64,000 nt of DNA from positions 4,313,741-4,377,740 of the forward strand of contig MU058636.1 of assembly GCA_013265495.1 (NCBI GenBank), in the 5' to 3' direction. The DNA comes from Vicugna vicugna. Taxonomy: Eukaryota. Position 1 is the stretch's first letter, and the number at the start of each line of letters is the position of its first letter. The notes beneath the pieces were generated by a model, which was not told the origin of the DNA, searched no databases, and saw only the letters and a program-made list of their open reading frames with translations. The translations under genes and the position numbers were made by a program. Shown piece after piece: positions 1-13,570 of this stretch.

Positions 1-2597
1 TAGGGAATAGATTTATTTATTTTCTTTCCACAGAAAATTTACACCTTGAGTTATTTTCAGGAAGATTCCATCCTGGGGTGGAAAAGGGAAGGTTTTAGAA
101 ATACAGTTGGTAGGTTCTGTTTGTACATGGTCAGTTTTTCCCCTCGCCCTTCATTCACCCATACTTGCTAGAAAAAACCCATTATTTTCCCCCAGGGAAA
201 AGGAAAAAATCTTGATCCTTCTTGTCTGTGACACTTGATAGTTTGGCTCCCTCTAAATGAGTCTGTTTCTGTGAGATGGACATTTAGGTGGATCAAGCCC
301 TCAGAGAGCTCAAGGTTTTCTGTGTGATAAATCCCATAAAGGAAGACAATATACCGCCTTCAAAATGTTTCACACAGCCTCAGCCTTTTATTTCAAAACT
401 GTCTTCAATCAAATCTTTACTCACCTCTTCTAGATCAATAAGAAAATATTATTATCAGGATGCTGTAAGGACATTTTTGTGGCTTAATCATTTACAGCCC
501 TCCGTTCAGCTTTCAAAAGAGATTGGAGACTGCTTATAATAGAAACCATATACGTCATATGGCTTTTAAAATAGAATAACATGGAGAAGTAAGAGAAGCT
601 TTCTTATAGTCCTATTACTTCTTTCATAGGCGTCATATGAAAAAAATATCATGCAGTGCTAAGGCATAGCAAGCTTCCATGCTACACAGAGCTTCCATCT
701 TAAAGCCCTATTTTCTCGCCTCATGCTGAAATTGCCCACGTGCCAGCACTAACCCAGGGTTTACCATGGGCCAGGCACCCTCCAGCACTTTGTAAGCATT
801 AGCTTGTCTGACACTAACCAGTTGTAATCCCGTCTCATGGTCTCCAGAGTACTTCACTACTAATGAATACTTTTAAATAGTGGGGTCACATTCCATTACT
901 TGCTCATGAGCTCAACTTAGTGACTTATGATGCCTTTTCAAGTGAGTAAGTTAGAATTGCAATGATCAGAGTTTATCCACCATAGTGAAAGGTAAGTAAT
1001 ATTTCAAGAAATTTGTTTTCTTTGTGTGTGTGTGTGCGTGAGTTTGTACGCTGAATTGTGACATGATATAAAATATGTTTTTAACTATGAGTTACTATCT
1101 TAAACAATTTCTGCTACACTAAGCACATTGAACCTTATTTCCTCATGTTCCAAACACAAGAGGACAACTGGTTTTTATAAATCTGCCCTCTGTAGAAATC
1201 TTTACAAGAACATAGTTAAGAGATTTAAAAATCTGTGACTCAGATGCCTCTCCCTGTGTGAACAGGCTTAACAGGCCAACCCCCAGAGCCACACAGCAGA
1301 GAGTTTTCCTAAAATAGTCAGACCTGACTGGTCTTATGCTTTGTTTCTTGTAGTAAGCCATTCATCGACCACTGCAGAAATAGCAGAGAAAATATTTTTT
1401 GCTTTTGTAAGAACAAAAATCCAGTGGGTAGAAAAGAATCTGAGGGCCACCATCCCCACTTGGGGAAGGTCTAGCAGATACATCAGTAGCAGCTTCCAGG
1501 GGAGGGTGGCGCTGGTGCACCTGGCTGTCCCCAGGAAAGGACCAGATGCAGCTCTTTTAAGTGTTGACTGGATCTCGAAGGTCATCATAACTAACGGACT
1601 AAAGTTCAAAAAAACCAAATAATCTACGCATTCTCTCTGAAGGATGCGCTAAAAGCTTAACATGCACTATGGCTCAGAAAAAGTTTTAGTGCCTTTAACA
1701 AGTTCCTGCCTTTTTACAAATGTTGTGATTTGTGAAACAATAAGGGCCAGCAGGCTTCTCCAGGGAGAGGCTGGCGACCCGTCTAGTGGGAGAACACCTC
1801 ACTACAAGGCAGCCTTCTCTTGGAGGGCCCAGACTTCCCAAGGGCCTTTTCCCAAGAACCAGAGTAGAAGTGCCTGCACTTCCTCAGCCTTCATTCCTCA
1901 TCTTTGTGTGAAGATAATACCAACACAAAGTTGAGATTAAGATGAAATTGTCAGGAAACACCCAGCCTGCAGTAGCTGATGCTGCACAAAAGTTGGCTCT
2001 CTATTCCTCTGCAGTATAAAAAAGCAACACACCCCCAACCCAAGGAAATTCCCGGCCATGATGCTTCAGTGGCGCGGTGAGGAAGACTTTGCCAACATCC
2101 CTGTTCCCTTCATAATGAACAGTAACCCTGCCTGAGTCTACACTCTCCTTAAATCAGTTTCTCTGAAATTTCATCTAGCATTCCTTTTCTCCCCCCACAC
2201 ACTGTACATTTTATACCCTTGACTCACTTCTTTTGCAACTAGAAGTCTGTACCTCTTCATCCCGCTCACCTCCTTTTAAAAAAAAAAAGTAAATGGCTTC
2301 TAAACTTTCACTAGGTATTTACAAAACAACAACAACAACAACACATCTGGAAAGTACTCTTTCAAAATTGAAAGAATGTCTCTTACATCTAAATTTCTGG
2401 AATTTCTTTGGTCATCCTACCCACAGATATAGTAACTTTGTAAACGTTAATTATATTTCCTTTCTGCACTTTCTCATGCAACCCAGCAGTTGTTCAGCTC
2501 TCATCCACCTTCTCTCATGTTCCCTGCATAAGACGACTATTCTTAATTCCTCCTCATGGACAACTTATGCTCCTTGAAGTGCAGGTTCCAATTCCTC

Positions 2598-2795
2598 CTA
2601 GCGTGATGGTTAGAAACGGGCCTCTGGGGTCAGAGAGATGATTCAAATCCACCTGTGTGATTTTGCAGATGAAAGACAGCTTTTAACTCCTCTAATCCTG
2701 AAACAGGAAGGAGAATATCACCCACAGAGATTGGGTGAAGGAATAACAGATTAAGCACTGTGCAGACTGCCTGGCACACAGTAAGCCCAGTGATT
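2598..2795 (+). mobile_element. MIR SINE
   Basis: Degenerate MIR landmarks: tggttagaaac...ttcaaatcc...ctgtgtga...tgcctggcacacagtaagc. Confidence 0.7.
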
Positions 2796-3286
2796 GTTAG
2801 ATATCACTACTTAGTGTCGTCTCTCCTTATGCCAGTGTGGTTCTGGATTTCATTCACATTTAAACAGTCCTTTTGCACATACATTTTCATTAAGGTACCT
2901 CAAATCCTTCTCATAAAGGATTAATAAGTGAATAATCCATCTATTTGATCCCGTTAGCTTCTGGTTTTACCTTTCTGTTTTCAGGAGTGGGCAAGTCTTT
3001 GATTTCATACAGAAGAAGGACGATTGCTTTAGGTTTGTTTACTGTTGTCTTCCTGGAGCAAATTCAAAATGAGGCTCAATTCCATTCTTGGTACAGCTGG
3101 TGTTTGTTTGATATGATTGTGATTATTTTAAACAATGTAATTAAGAGTATTATGCAAAGAAATTGTGTGCTAAGAATAACACCAGACTCATAGCGTTTTG
3201 TGAAAATTAAATGGAATGACATGAAAAGAGTCTGGTCATATTCACTGATTGTTCTTATTAAGATTTCTGTCCCCTCTTTAACATAG

Positions 3287-3433
3287 ATTTTGCATTGACT
3301 GAAAACAGTACAATCACTCCTTTGTGCCAAAAAGGATATTTTCCCTGTGGGAATCTGACCACGTGCTTACCCGGAACGTTCCACTGTGATGGCGTGGACG
3401 ACTGCGGGAACGGAGCAGATGAGGAGAACTGTG
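3287..3433 (+). CDS. RXFP2: RXFP2 exon 2, LDLa module (147 nt, phase 1-1)
   Basis: acatag| acceptor, G|gtgagt donor; encodes [49 protein letters not shown] with six Cys and the acidic Ca-binding motif. Confidence 0.97.
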
Positions 3434-3804
3434 GTGAGTCCTCCGCTCAGCTCCGTACGTCCTCACCCCTTGTGAACGCCTCCAAACTGTGGGTGGACCG
3501 AATACTAACGGTAACAAACCAGAAGAAATGACTGGGCATTCGATAGGGAATCCTGTTGTAACACAAATAATTGCTCCTCAGTTTATTTGTGATAATAATG
3601 ACATGAATTTTCATATAGAGAGTTGCTTAAATCAGAATTATAAAATATTGTATTTGATAAAAAAGTAAAATTATTTCAAATTCTACTTGGATAGCCGAAT
3701 TTTAGTTGTACGTGGCTTACTATAACCACTTCCTTATGGCTTGGTAGTATGGTTCAGCTGCAGGAATTTCCATAAAGTGCAAATGGTCCAGCCTAGAGAA
3801 TTGT

Positions 3805-4310
3805 TATTCAGTAGCCCCGTATCGAGTGCCCATTATATGCTCTTCAAATCACCAAGGCACAGCAGGCTCAAGAGAGACAAGTGTCTTGCCCTTGTGGAGT
3901 TCACAGGGACCATGTGGATGGGGAGGACCATAAACTTACATAAATAAATTAAGTAATTTCAGAGTAGTAAGTGCCACAGAGTATACAGAACAGGATAAAG
4001 GGATAAAAAGTGACTTGGAGGAAGGGCTACTTTAAAGACATAACCAGAAGAACCCTCTCTGAGATGATGTTTGAATTGAGAATGAAATGAAAAGCAGAAA
4101 AAGAAAAAAAATGTGAAATATTCAGGAAGAGCAGAGTTCCAGATGAAAGAAACAGCAAATGCAAAGGCCTGGGGCCGAGTGAAACAAGACAATGTGTTTG
4201 TGGGACAGAAAAACAGATGGGCTTGGGCAGAGTGAATACAGAACATAGAGAGGTAACAGAGGCCAGATCATCACAGGTCTTACAGACTATCTTAGGTCTG
4301 TGTATTAGGA
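3805..4310 (-). mobile_element. L2 LINE 3' fragment
   Basis: Reverse-L2 motifs: cttgcccttgtggagttcacag, ctctctgagatgatgtttgaattgag, aacagcaaatgcaaaggcctg. Confidence 0.7.
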
Positions 4311-5797
4311 CTCTGTATGTTGTCTCATCTAACCTGTGCATTTTTCTCCTAAAGAAACTGATGCCAAGAGAGGCTGACATGTCTAGGTAGTCACTGAGCA
4401 GACACCAGAACCCAGACCTTCTGAATCTGAAAGAATCCTGTGTGATTTCTACCACACAGAACTGCCACTCCTTGGCACTGCCCAACTAGCAGTCAGGGTG
4501 GGACAGCGAAGTCCAGGAATACCGGGTGGCTGTCTCTGGAATCTGCTCTCCTGCCCCTGGGAACTCACGCATGCCTCCCTCTCACGGCACCTGCTGCCTT
4601 CACCACCTGTGGATCACTCCTACTCATCTTTTAGGATGCAGTCGAGGGGTCCCCTCCTCACCTGAGAAGCTTGGCTTCCCAGGCCATGCTTCCCCACCCA
4701 GAAGCTCCACCACCGGTCTGGACGAGCACCCTTTCTCTGATGCCATAGCGCCCTGAATGATTGTGCTAGGGGCTGCCTTGTCTTTTCACTGGACTTCCCC
4801 CACTAGACATAAGCTCCTTGAGAAGTGTTCTTCTTTGTGTCTCATGCATTTTGATGTTACCAAAGCCTAGAACAGTGGAGTACAGTCAGTGCTCAGTGAT
4901 GGGGCAGCTCTCCAATGCCAGTGGCAAGTTACTCACACACTTGGCCTTTCCTGTTCACTGCCTGGGAATCAGAGACCACGTGTGTCTACCTCATGAGAGT
5001 GTTCCAAACACAAATTAAATGGCTCATGTAAAGGCATCAGATAGAATAATTTCAAAAAACATTGAGGTTATTAATAAGAAATAAAAATAAACTAAAATTT
5101 ACAGGGACCTGTGGGCAACTATTTAAATTTACTTTTCTATTTGTATGAACTTGAGTATCATACATTATATTGTGTATTTTATCATGTTAATAGCTTATGC
5201 TAAAGTAATGATACTTCACAATCAGGCCATCTTTTTTTAAAAGGATATAATTTTATTGCAAAAATAGAGAAGGAAACTTGGCAAATAAGCAAGATGATAT
5301 GATTTGTCAGATCATCTGACAAATTGAGAAGATATTTTTCTCATTAGGGCTAGACAGACTTTACTAAAAGGAACTTTGTTTTTGCTTTTTTAAAAAGGTC
5401 ACGTGACATAAATTTTATCAGAACTTACTACATCTATCAGGAATGCATCTACATATACATATGCATACGACAAAATAAAATTCAGATTATGTTTTCTTCT
5501 GAGGACCTCAAAATTAAGATCAAACATTTAAAATGTCAGCGTTAGAAATAGGTGACATTTTTCAAGATGGATCCATGTGTGTAAAATAATCATCTATTTC
5601 CATTATATTTTATGATACATACATTTTAGATGTTTGTAATTGCAGAAAAAGACGAAAGTCCAGATGTTTGCCTACCTTTTTCTCCCTTACCATCGTTACT
5701 ATCTTTCTATTACTTAAACAAAAATTTTAATTGATTTCATAATCAAATTTTTATAGTTTTGTTTTGTAATTTGATATTTGATTTATAGAATAACTGA

Positions 5798-5941
<144 letters not shown>

Positions 5942-6204
5942 TGAGCAACATGATTGGTGGTGCATGGATTTATATGGGTGGTGTGATCAATTCCCTCTAG
6001 AACTGCAATTTCAGTTCAACGTATTTCAGTGGTCAACTGGTTTATCATCTGCTGGTAGGACTGAAAAGATAGAAAGAAGAAAACAACACGCTCCATTCAT
6101 GCTCACTCTGTGTATCAGCCTGTGATTGCAAGAATGCATAGGTGATGAATGCTGGTGACGGATAATAAAGACCTTACTCCCTGTGATTACTTTCTCTAAT
6201 AAAG

Positions 6205-6520
6205 ACATTGAGCACCAACTATTTTGCAGCCCCCTATGTCAGGCACAGAGCGTGCAATGATAACTAAGATGTGGTCCCCACCCACAGATGCCCCATATGG
6301 TAGCAGGAAAGCAAACCCTTACGGAGGCAGGAACGATGCACTATTAGTGCTAAACTGAAGGAGGGATGTTTGCACAAGGGAATGTGGAAGCCCACTGGGA
6401 GACATGATTACTGTGCCAGGGGTGGGGAAGATTCACAGACAAGGTGACATTGTGATGGACCTGGAAGTCCTTGGACGGAGGGAAGGGTGAGAGGAGCTGC
6501 ACCCCAGAAGGGTGGCGCCA
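6205..6520 (-). mobile_element. L2 LINE fragment
   Basis: attgagcaccaactat...tgtcaggcac...ggtgacattgtgatggacctggaag. Confidence 0.55.
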
Positions 6521-7068
6521 GCCCGTGAGGGGTTTTGGGTGCACTATTTGGAGCTTGCCCTCTATCCTATCTATAGAATTATCTCTCTCTAAATACACAT
6601 ATTACGTTATATATTACATATAACATACTACATATAATAATATGTATATGCGTGGATATAATTATGTAGGTGTAAGTACATTAACATACATGAGTATGTA
6701 TACATAGTGTATGTATATAAAGTATGCACACTAAGTACTACACTAACAGTATATTATGCAGTTTAATACCAGGTTATAATTACCACTTATTACATACTTT
6801 ATTATAAATGACTATATCATGCATAAAGTCAGAAATTAAAAGGAGTAAGCTAAAAAGACTAAAAATAAATACAACTGAAAGTTCGCACATTTTCCTCCTG
6901 AAGCACAAGGGGTCATCTTGTACACGAGCCATTGTGGTGATCACTGGTGTGTACGGTGGGCTCCGAAGTCGTGAGCTGATTTTCATTTAGTGAAGAGGAA
7001 GAAGCACAGGCTAAGAAGTGTATGTGAGAACGACTCTTCTACCAGAATTGTAAAGAATGGATGAGAAC

Positions 7069-7283
7069 TGTGTTCTCAGCCTGAGACAGTACTGCCCCTG
7101 GAGAACATCTGGCAATGTCTGGAGACATTCTGGGGTGTCACAACGGGAAGGGGGGTGGATCACTTGCATCCAGTGGGTGGAGGCCAAGGATGCTGCTGAA
7201 CCTTCTACAATGCACAGGACAGCCCCCAACAACAGACAGTGATCTGACCCAAACATCAGCCTTGCTGAGGTCAAGGAGAAAGC
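7069..7283 (+). mobile_element. MER20 hAT-Charlie DNA transposon
   Basis: Close match to recalled MER20 consensus: ggcaatgtctggagacatt...gtcacaac...gaggccaaggatgctgct...tacaatgcacaggacagccccc. Confidence 0.9.
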
Positions 7284-7946
7284 TTGGTGAAAAAGATACT
7301 GGGTGTTACATGTCTTGCAGTGCTTCAGACTAATACTAAAACTCTGAGCCCAGAAAATACCACCGGGAAGAGGGAGGTAGAAAGAGATGCAAGAGGCATT
7401 TCAGAAGAAGAGTCCAGAGGTTGGGGATTGACCGACTTGCAGATGAGGGAGTTAGTTACACTCATTTCTGGTTTAGTCAGCTGGCCCATCTTGGACTACA
7501 TGACATTCTTTTATTGGTAAATAAGAATTCCAACCCCAGATTTTCAATCTAATAATGTAACTGCTATTTTCCTTGCCAATTAAACATTGAAGTACACATT
7601 ATGAAATTATTTTTAGAAAGTTGAGATCACCAGCATAAGTCTATTAACAATATAGAATATTTCCTAAAAGTTTATACACTAGAATGAATCTTTTGAATTA
7701 AACAGATACTCAATAAAAGTTTGTTGGATTTACTACAAATTCAGTGAAACTGATTTTAAAAATAAAGTTTGGATAAAAGTAATCTAAAAGGAGCAGAACA
7801 GTTAGAACTTATAAACAGTTTTTAAATAAATAATAAATTTAAAAATTTGAAAATAACTCTTTTTTTTAGCTTTGTCAAAACAAATACAGGGTCATAGACA
7901 AAAATCAAATACTCCATAAATACCACCCCCCAACAGTCACTGTCTT

Positions 7947-7981
7947 ACACACACACACACACACACACACGCGCGCGCACA
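7947..7981. repeat. (CA)n(CG)n compound microsatellite
   Basis: acacacac...acacgcgcgcgcaca; alternating purine-pyrimidine tract. Confidence 0.9.
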
Positions 7982-8035
7982 GATTGTTCTGTGGACCAAC
8001 TTGGCCTGGTTTCTCCATAAGTTTCTCCTATGCCA

Positions 8036-8175
8036 TTATTTTAATAATCAATATATATTATTAGTAACTATATAATATATAAATATAGGATTATGTATTA
8101 TGATGTTTATATATTACTACTATATTATTATGATAGATCTTAATAATTATGATAATATGCTATTATATTAATAAC
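8036..8175. repeat. AT-rich low-complexity tract
   Basis: Mostly tatta/atat words; a similar tract lies at about 6595-6760. Confidence 0.75.
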
Positions 8176-8827
8176 TATGTAAGTTCCTTCAGAGTGAATG
8201 TTTCAGACAGATGGATCTTTGGTTCTCTCCCCTTTATAGCTGCTCTACAACTTTTACCTACCACTTTAACTTCATAGTAATGAAAAGTGAGGAGCCAAAG
8301 TGGGAGCGTGTCTGACTTGGTTGATTTTAAGAAGGCACAGTGGTGGCTACAGCGGGATCTGTGTCTAACTCTTGTCACAGCTCTAAGAGAAGTCTGAAAG
8401 AAAATGATTAAATTTAATTTTAACCAACAAGCATTTGTTGAGCAACCTCTTTGAGCCATTCAATTAAGTTAAATTGACCCTACTATACCTATTAAAGATT
8501 TACTCAGTCACACTCATGCTTTTCTTTGAGGAGAACTTAATCTTGCTTTACTATATGCTTTTATGCTACTTAAACATTTCTGTATTCTTTCTAATCACTT
8601 GTTAAATGCTTCTGAAATGGCCACTGGAAGCACTGAGATGAATACCACATGAGTCTACATTTGACTAGGAGAGCATTCGTGTTTGCTTCCATTATGGGCC
8701 TGAATAAGTTCATTTAACAAGGTGTAAGTGTCATACATTCAGTGGAAAGAGAACAATGTCAGTTACTGAAGTCATAATTAAAAGAAGTATATTTTCCTGT
8801 TGAATCGTTTCTCTTTTTGCCCCCTAG

Positions 8828-8933
8828 TTTTAAATCAGTATCCACAACAATGTGACTGCAGAGAAACTGAGCTGGAATGTGTAAATGCTGGCTTGACATC
8901 CGTGCCAACAATCTCCAGCAATGTGACATTACT
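8828..8933 (+). CDS. RXFP2: RXFP2 exon 4, LRR N-cap (106 nt)
   Basis: cccctag| and CT|gtgagt; [36 protein letters not shown]. Confidence 0.96.
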
Positions 8934-9766
8934 GTGAGTAGAATTCAAATACTAATATTTGCTCCTACAGTCGTATGAAAACCATGTAGTCTAATCTAAT
9001 CTCTTTGTTCTGTTTTATGCTACTTGTGTATTCACAAGCTAATAGAAACTCCCTTTAAAACCACCAGCCATCAGATAATTCTGCATGCTTCTTCTCCAGG
9101 GAAGAAATGTTTTGAATGCTGTGTGCTAGATTAGCCAGGTATCCGTTAGGTCACAAACACCATGGTCTGGAATTCTTGTTTTCAATTACTTTCCAATGTA
9201 TGTGTTATTACTAATATGCCAGTACTGTACAAGTAAAAATAAAAATTTGGGGGAAAAAAAGGAAGACCGCTCAGTCTATCTCATTTTTAATAGGAGTAAT
9301 TTGTCCAAGACCATAAAGGTATAAAAGACCTATGAAACTAGCTGTGGCATAATCATGCAGGTTTTTCTGAACACTGCATAAAAGTTTTGAGATCCTCAGG
9401 AATTGGTTTGCAGTCATACTGTAATTTGGGCATGCGTGAGATGGTTAGGATTTTTGTTGTTTTTTGGATTTTTTTTGGTTGTGTTTTGTTTAATTATCTA
9501 GAGAACAAAAGAAAAGGTTAAGTGACCATAGATGGTCTGGTCTATTATGCTAACTGGCTAACCTCGTCAAATATTTGCAAACTGCTTTAATTTTTACCTT
9601 ATGGACTTTTCATTCTCACATAATTGTTTTCGTTTATTATGGGCATTTTCAAATGTCTGTTAAGTACTATGGAATATCATCAAGTATTCTCATGCATGCA
9701 GCTTCTGGGGAAGAGTTTGGTTGGTCATAAAATCCATAATAAAGTCTTCTTTACATGTTATTTTAG

Positions 9767-9838
9767 GTCTCTTAAGAAAAACAATATTCACAGTCTTTCA
9801 GATAAAGTTTTCATCAAATACACAGAACTTGAAATGAT
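9767..9838 (+). CDS. RXFP2: RXFP2 exon 5, LRR (72 nt)
   Basis: ttttag| and AT|gtaagt; SLKKNNIHSLSDKVFIKYTELEMI. Confidence 0.96.
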
Positions 9839-11414
9839 GTAAGTAGCTATTAATAGTGTTTTTATGTGAAAATCAATGAGATGTTTTAAGATGTTTCCAT
9901 CCTAAAAGTAAAATGAAATATAAGTTTATTATCTTTATCATTAAATTTATTTTTAATGTAATTAAGATTAGACAATAAAGCACTGAAAAGCATTGAAAAG
10001 CATGCTTTTTTTCCATTTAGTAATTTAAAATAACTAAACAGATTTTATTTAAACTTTTTTTTTAAACAGTTGAATTGGAGCTGAGATTGAGCATCTCAGT
10101 AATTCATAGTTCCAAGCTTTTACTCCAGATCATTTGGAAAATGACATTGCAGATTCAGAGACACTAGATGCACTCTTTAACTTGGAAGAAGAGTGTTTAT
10201 TACATAGTCAAGAACCATCAGATCATTTAAAACACTTAATGGTAGGGTATGGACTGTCTCCCTGATGATCTTGGTGAAATCAGTGATGTTAGCATATTTG
10301 AGGAAAGAAATTAATAAATAAGACACAGTCAGGAGTGAGAAACAAAGGGTCAAGATGCTTCTAGCATCATCAAAGAAAGAAAACCAGGGTCTGAGAGATA
10401 CCATCCTTAGAGATAGTCTCTGTTGGGAGGCAGGGATAGATTGTCCATCTCCACCATAACTCTCATCAACTTTATTTTGACACTATCCCTATTGAGATGG
10501 AGATTCTCTTTGCTTTGATTCCCTGCTCACCAAGCAACCTATGATGACTACATTAATTTTCTAAATTATTCATACTAAAGTATTTGGGAAGTTACACTGG
10601 ATGGAGAATAAGAACATTCAAGTTAGTGGAATAGAATACATCCTATTTAAATAAAGAAAGTAAATGTTCAGCCTCTAGAGAGTTTGGTTACTATGTGTCA
10701 GTCCCTCTGAGCCCAGTCACTCTGGGATAATGGAGAGGTCAAGTTTCTACGCTTGCCAAGATGATCATTAGATTAGATTAGAAAATTAGCCAGCCAGTGC
10801 TGTAGGGCACCCTGGTAGCACCATCATTTACTGTTTTGCCCTTTGACATTCAGAATAGGAGAGAAGGTTTCTAGAAGTGTGACATACGTTAAAACCCAGG
10901 ACTAAAAATAATCTGGTCCTTTGCTGATACTGGATAAACACATTTGATTTGAAAAGCATTCAACAATTCTCTGCTGCTCATGGATTCAGGCACAGATTCC
11001 CACATACAAGGAAGGAAGTCACTGAAGAAGTCCATTAGTGTGGAAGAGTCTGTGTGAACATACAGACTCATGCCTGCGTTTGATTGTGGCCTCTGTAATT
11101 CCCACCGGCAGTGAACACCTTCTGTTCTGTCCTGGAGTGTGCTGTCCTTGTACCTCTGGTGTAGCTTTGCATTGGCTCTGGGGTTCCAGGCCCCTTTAGA
11201 GAAGGAATCTTACCTATGCTGCTTCTGCTCTTACTGGAAATTCTTACAATCACAACATGTTCATTCTATAAATCAAATTGTCCTTGTATGCCCTGAATAA
11301 TGCTCAAGGGAAGAAAGATAAAATAGCACTAGCAGAAAGGAAGGAAAAATACTCATGTTTTAGAGTAGCTATTGAAATTCTGTTATCTAGAGTCATAGAA
11401 GTCTTATGAAATTC

Positions 11415-11535
11415 TAATTAAATCTTCTCATTATTTACAAGATAACTGAAGTCTGCAGCAGTTAAATGACTTACCTAAGATCTATAACTAATTTGTGGAA
11501 GAGCCAGAATTAGACCATATATCTTCTGATGCCCA
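11415..11535 (-). mobile_element. MIR SINE fragment
   Basis: aactgaag...gttaaatgacttacctaagatc...gagccagaattaga. Confidence 0.65.
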
Positions 11536-12497
11536 ATACAGGGTTTATTTTATAATAACCAGAAACCTAGAGAAGGAAAGAAATTGTTCTAGTATCCAAT
11601 TGAATCCTGTACCAACACATACTCTTCTGTCACAGGCAGAACTCCCTTCTATACCTTTTTCCCCCTAATCTGGGGAAAGCTGACTTCTGGGGGGCAGAGG
11701 AATCACCAGGACATCAAGCAAGGAGATTTAAAGTTAGATTTCTCAGGCCAAGTTCTTTCCTGGACCTCTGATCCGTAGCTTTGCTCTGTGTCAGTATTTC
11801 TCTTGGTATCTGGTATCTGGTTGCCCACTGGAGGAAGAATGTGGCAGCACTAACTTTGATAATTCAGGCCCTGATTTTTCCTGTTTTTTCCCCCAGATTA
11901 CCCAGATCAGCTGGAAATTTCTACTTTGCTTAATTCTACTTTGAGAAAACACAGGTATCACATCATTACCTGAATATCACTTAGCAGGAGTTCTCCCAAT
12001 GCAAGGTGGTATTTGATGGTTTCTAGGCAATTGCATTCTCCCAGAGACTCAGAGACAAAAGATTGTAAGACTCTTACCAATGAACATTCACTTAGTGTCT
12101 ACTGTATACAAGGTTCAGCATGGGGGATGAAACACAATTTCTTACATTTATATATCACTTTTTGAAGTTAGTGAAGGCTTCCAACATTTGGAATTCTCAT
12201 GTGGACTTTGATCCTCAAAGTCTGTGAGGTGGGACAGCCATCATTAGATTCCTTTCAGGGATGAGGAGACCACCCTTGAAGAACGGTTGTTTGTCCAAAG
12301 TCAGTCCACTGACAAGTATTAGAGCTCGACTTCAAAGCCAAACCTCTTGACTATGGTCCTCTGGAAGTTCAGTCTCAGAATATTGTTACCATTGATGAAA
12401 ACATCCAGAAACCAAATTTTGGTTTCAAAATAACCAAAGCTCTTTATAAGCATTATTCAAATATACTAAAGCAACTCATAAATTCAGGAACGCTTCA

Positions 12498-12990
12498 TTT
12501 TTTTTTCACTTTTTTAAAATTGAAGTGTAGTCAGTTTCGAATGTTGTGTCAATTTCTGATGTACAGCACAATGCTTCAGTCATATATGAATATACATATA
12601 TTTGTTTTCATATTCTTTTTTGCTGTAAGCTACTACAAGGTATCGAATATAGTTCCCTGTGCTATACAGTATAAACTTATTTATCTGTTTTATATATACC
12701 AGTCAGTATCTGCAAATCTTGAACTCCCAATTTATCACTTCCCACTCCCTTCCCCCTGGTAACCATAGTTTGTTTTCTATGTCTGTGAGTCTGTTTCTGT
12801 TTTGTAAATAAGTTCATTTGTCTTTTTTTTTTAGATTCCACATATAAGTGATATCATATGGTATTTTTCTTTCTCTTTCTGGCTTACTTCACTTGGAATG
12901 ACAATCTCCAGGGCCATTCATGTTGTTGCAAATGGCATTATTTTATTAGTTTTTATGGCTGAGTAGTATTCCATTGTATAAATACACCAC
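12498..12990 (-). mobile_element. 5'-truncated L1 3' end, relatively young family
   Basis: Poly-T then attgaagtgtagtcagttt...tagttccctgtgctatacagta...ttagattccacatataagtgatatcatatggtattt...ggctgagtagtattccattgt. Confidence 0.9.
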
Positions 12991-12999
12991 GAGTTGTGG

Positions 13000-13570
13000 G
13001 ACTTTAAATTTGTCCCTTTTCAGTTTCATCCTGTTAGATTCAGTTTTTCTTAACCAGACTGTGAAGACCTTTTTGGATCATCCAGCACATTCACTGTTCC
13101 TCCCAGCATTCTGTCATCTGAAAATCTTTACCCAAGTCATGGAGTAGAGTGTCAAAGAGAACAGTGTCAAGTCTTCTTTCCACATCCTTCACCACCATCC
13201 TTCAGATAATGTGTATTGTTCTTTATTTTGTCCATAAAAACATCACAAAACCACTTGATCAATGCCTGGTAGACATATAAGCAAAGTCGACCACATACTT
13301 TTGTCTGATTAGTCTTTCAAAGAGGACAATCAGGCTGGTCTGGCATGCCATTTTTCATGAACTGCCCTGTTCATGTTCTCTTTGAAGTGCTCACAAAGCA
13401 ACCTCGCAATATCCTGCTCTACGATCTCACCCAGAACCAACTTAAAGCTCATCCAAACATAGCTTGTGAAATCTACTTCTTCCCTTTTTGAAAAATCAAA
13501 ACTGCATTTGCCATCTTTAATTTTCCAGCTGCCCTTCCTTTCTCCCAATTCCTCAGTAATGGGTCATAAC
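13000..13570 (-). mobile_element. L3/CR1 LINE fossil, reverse-transcriptase region
   Basis: Minus-strand remnants FSDDRMLGG (CR1 FADDTKLGG) and DFTSYVWMSFKLVLGEIVEQDI (CR1 DPGNYRPVSLTSVPGKIMEQII) in ORF 13330..13548. Confidence 0.75.

Noticed and set aside
848..997. Perfect donor AAG|GTAAGT at 989-997 with a possible upstream acceptor in intron 1
   Set aside because: About one such 9-mer is expected by chance in 64 kb (another is near 41372, outside the gene) and the interval has no coding similarity
4027..4485. 152-aa minus-strand ORF
   Set aside because: Overlaps an L2 remnant; no recognisable domain
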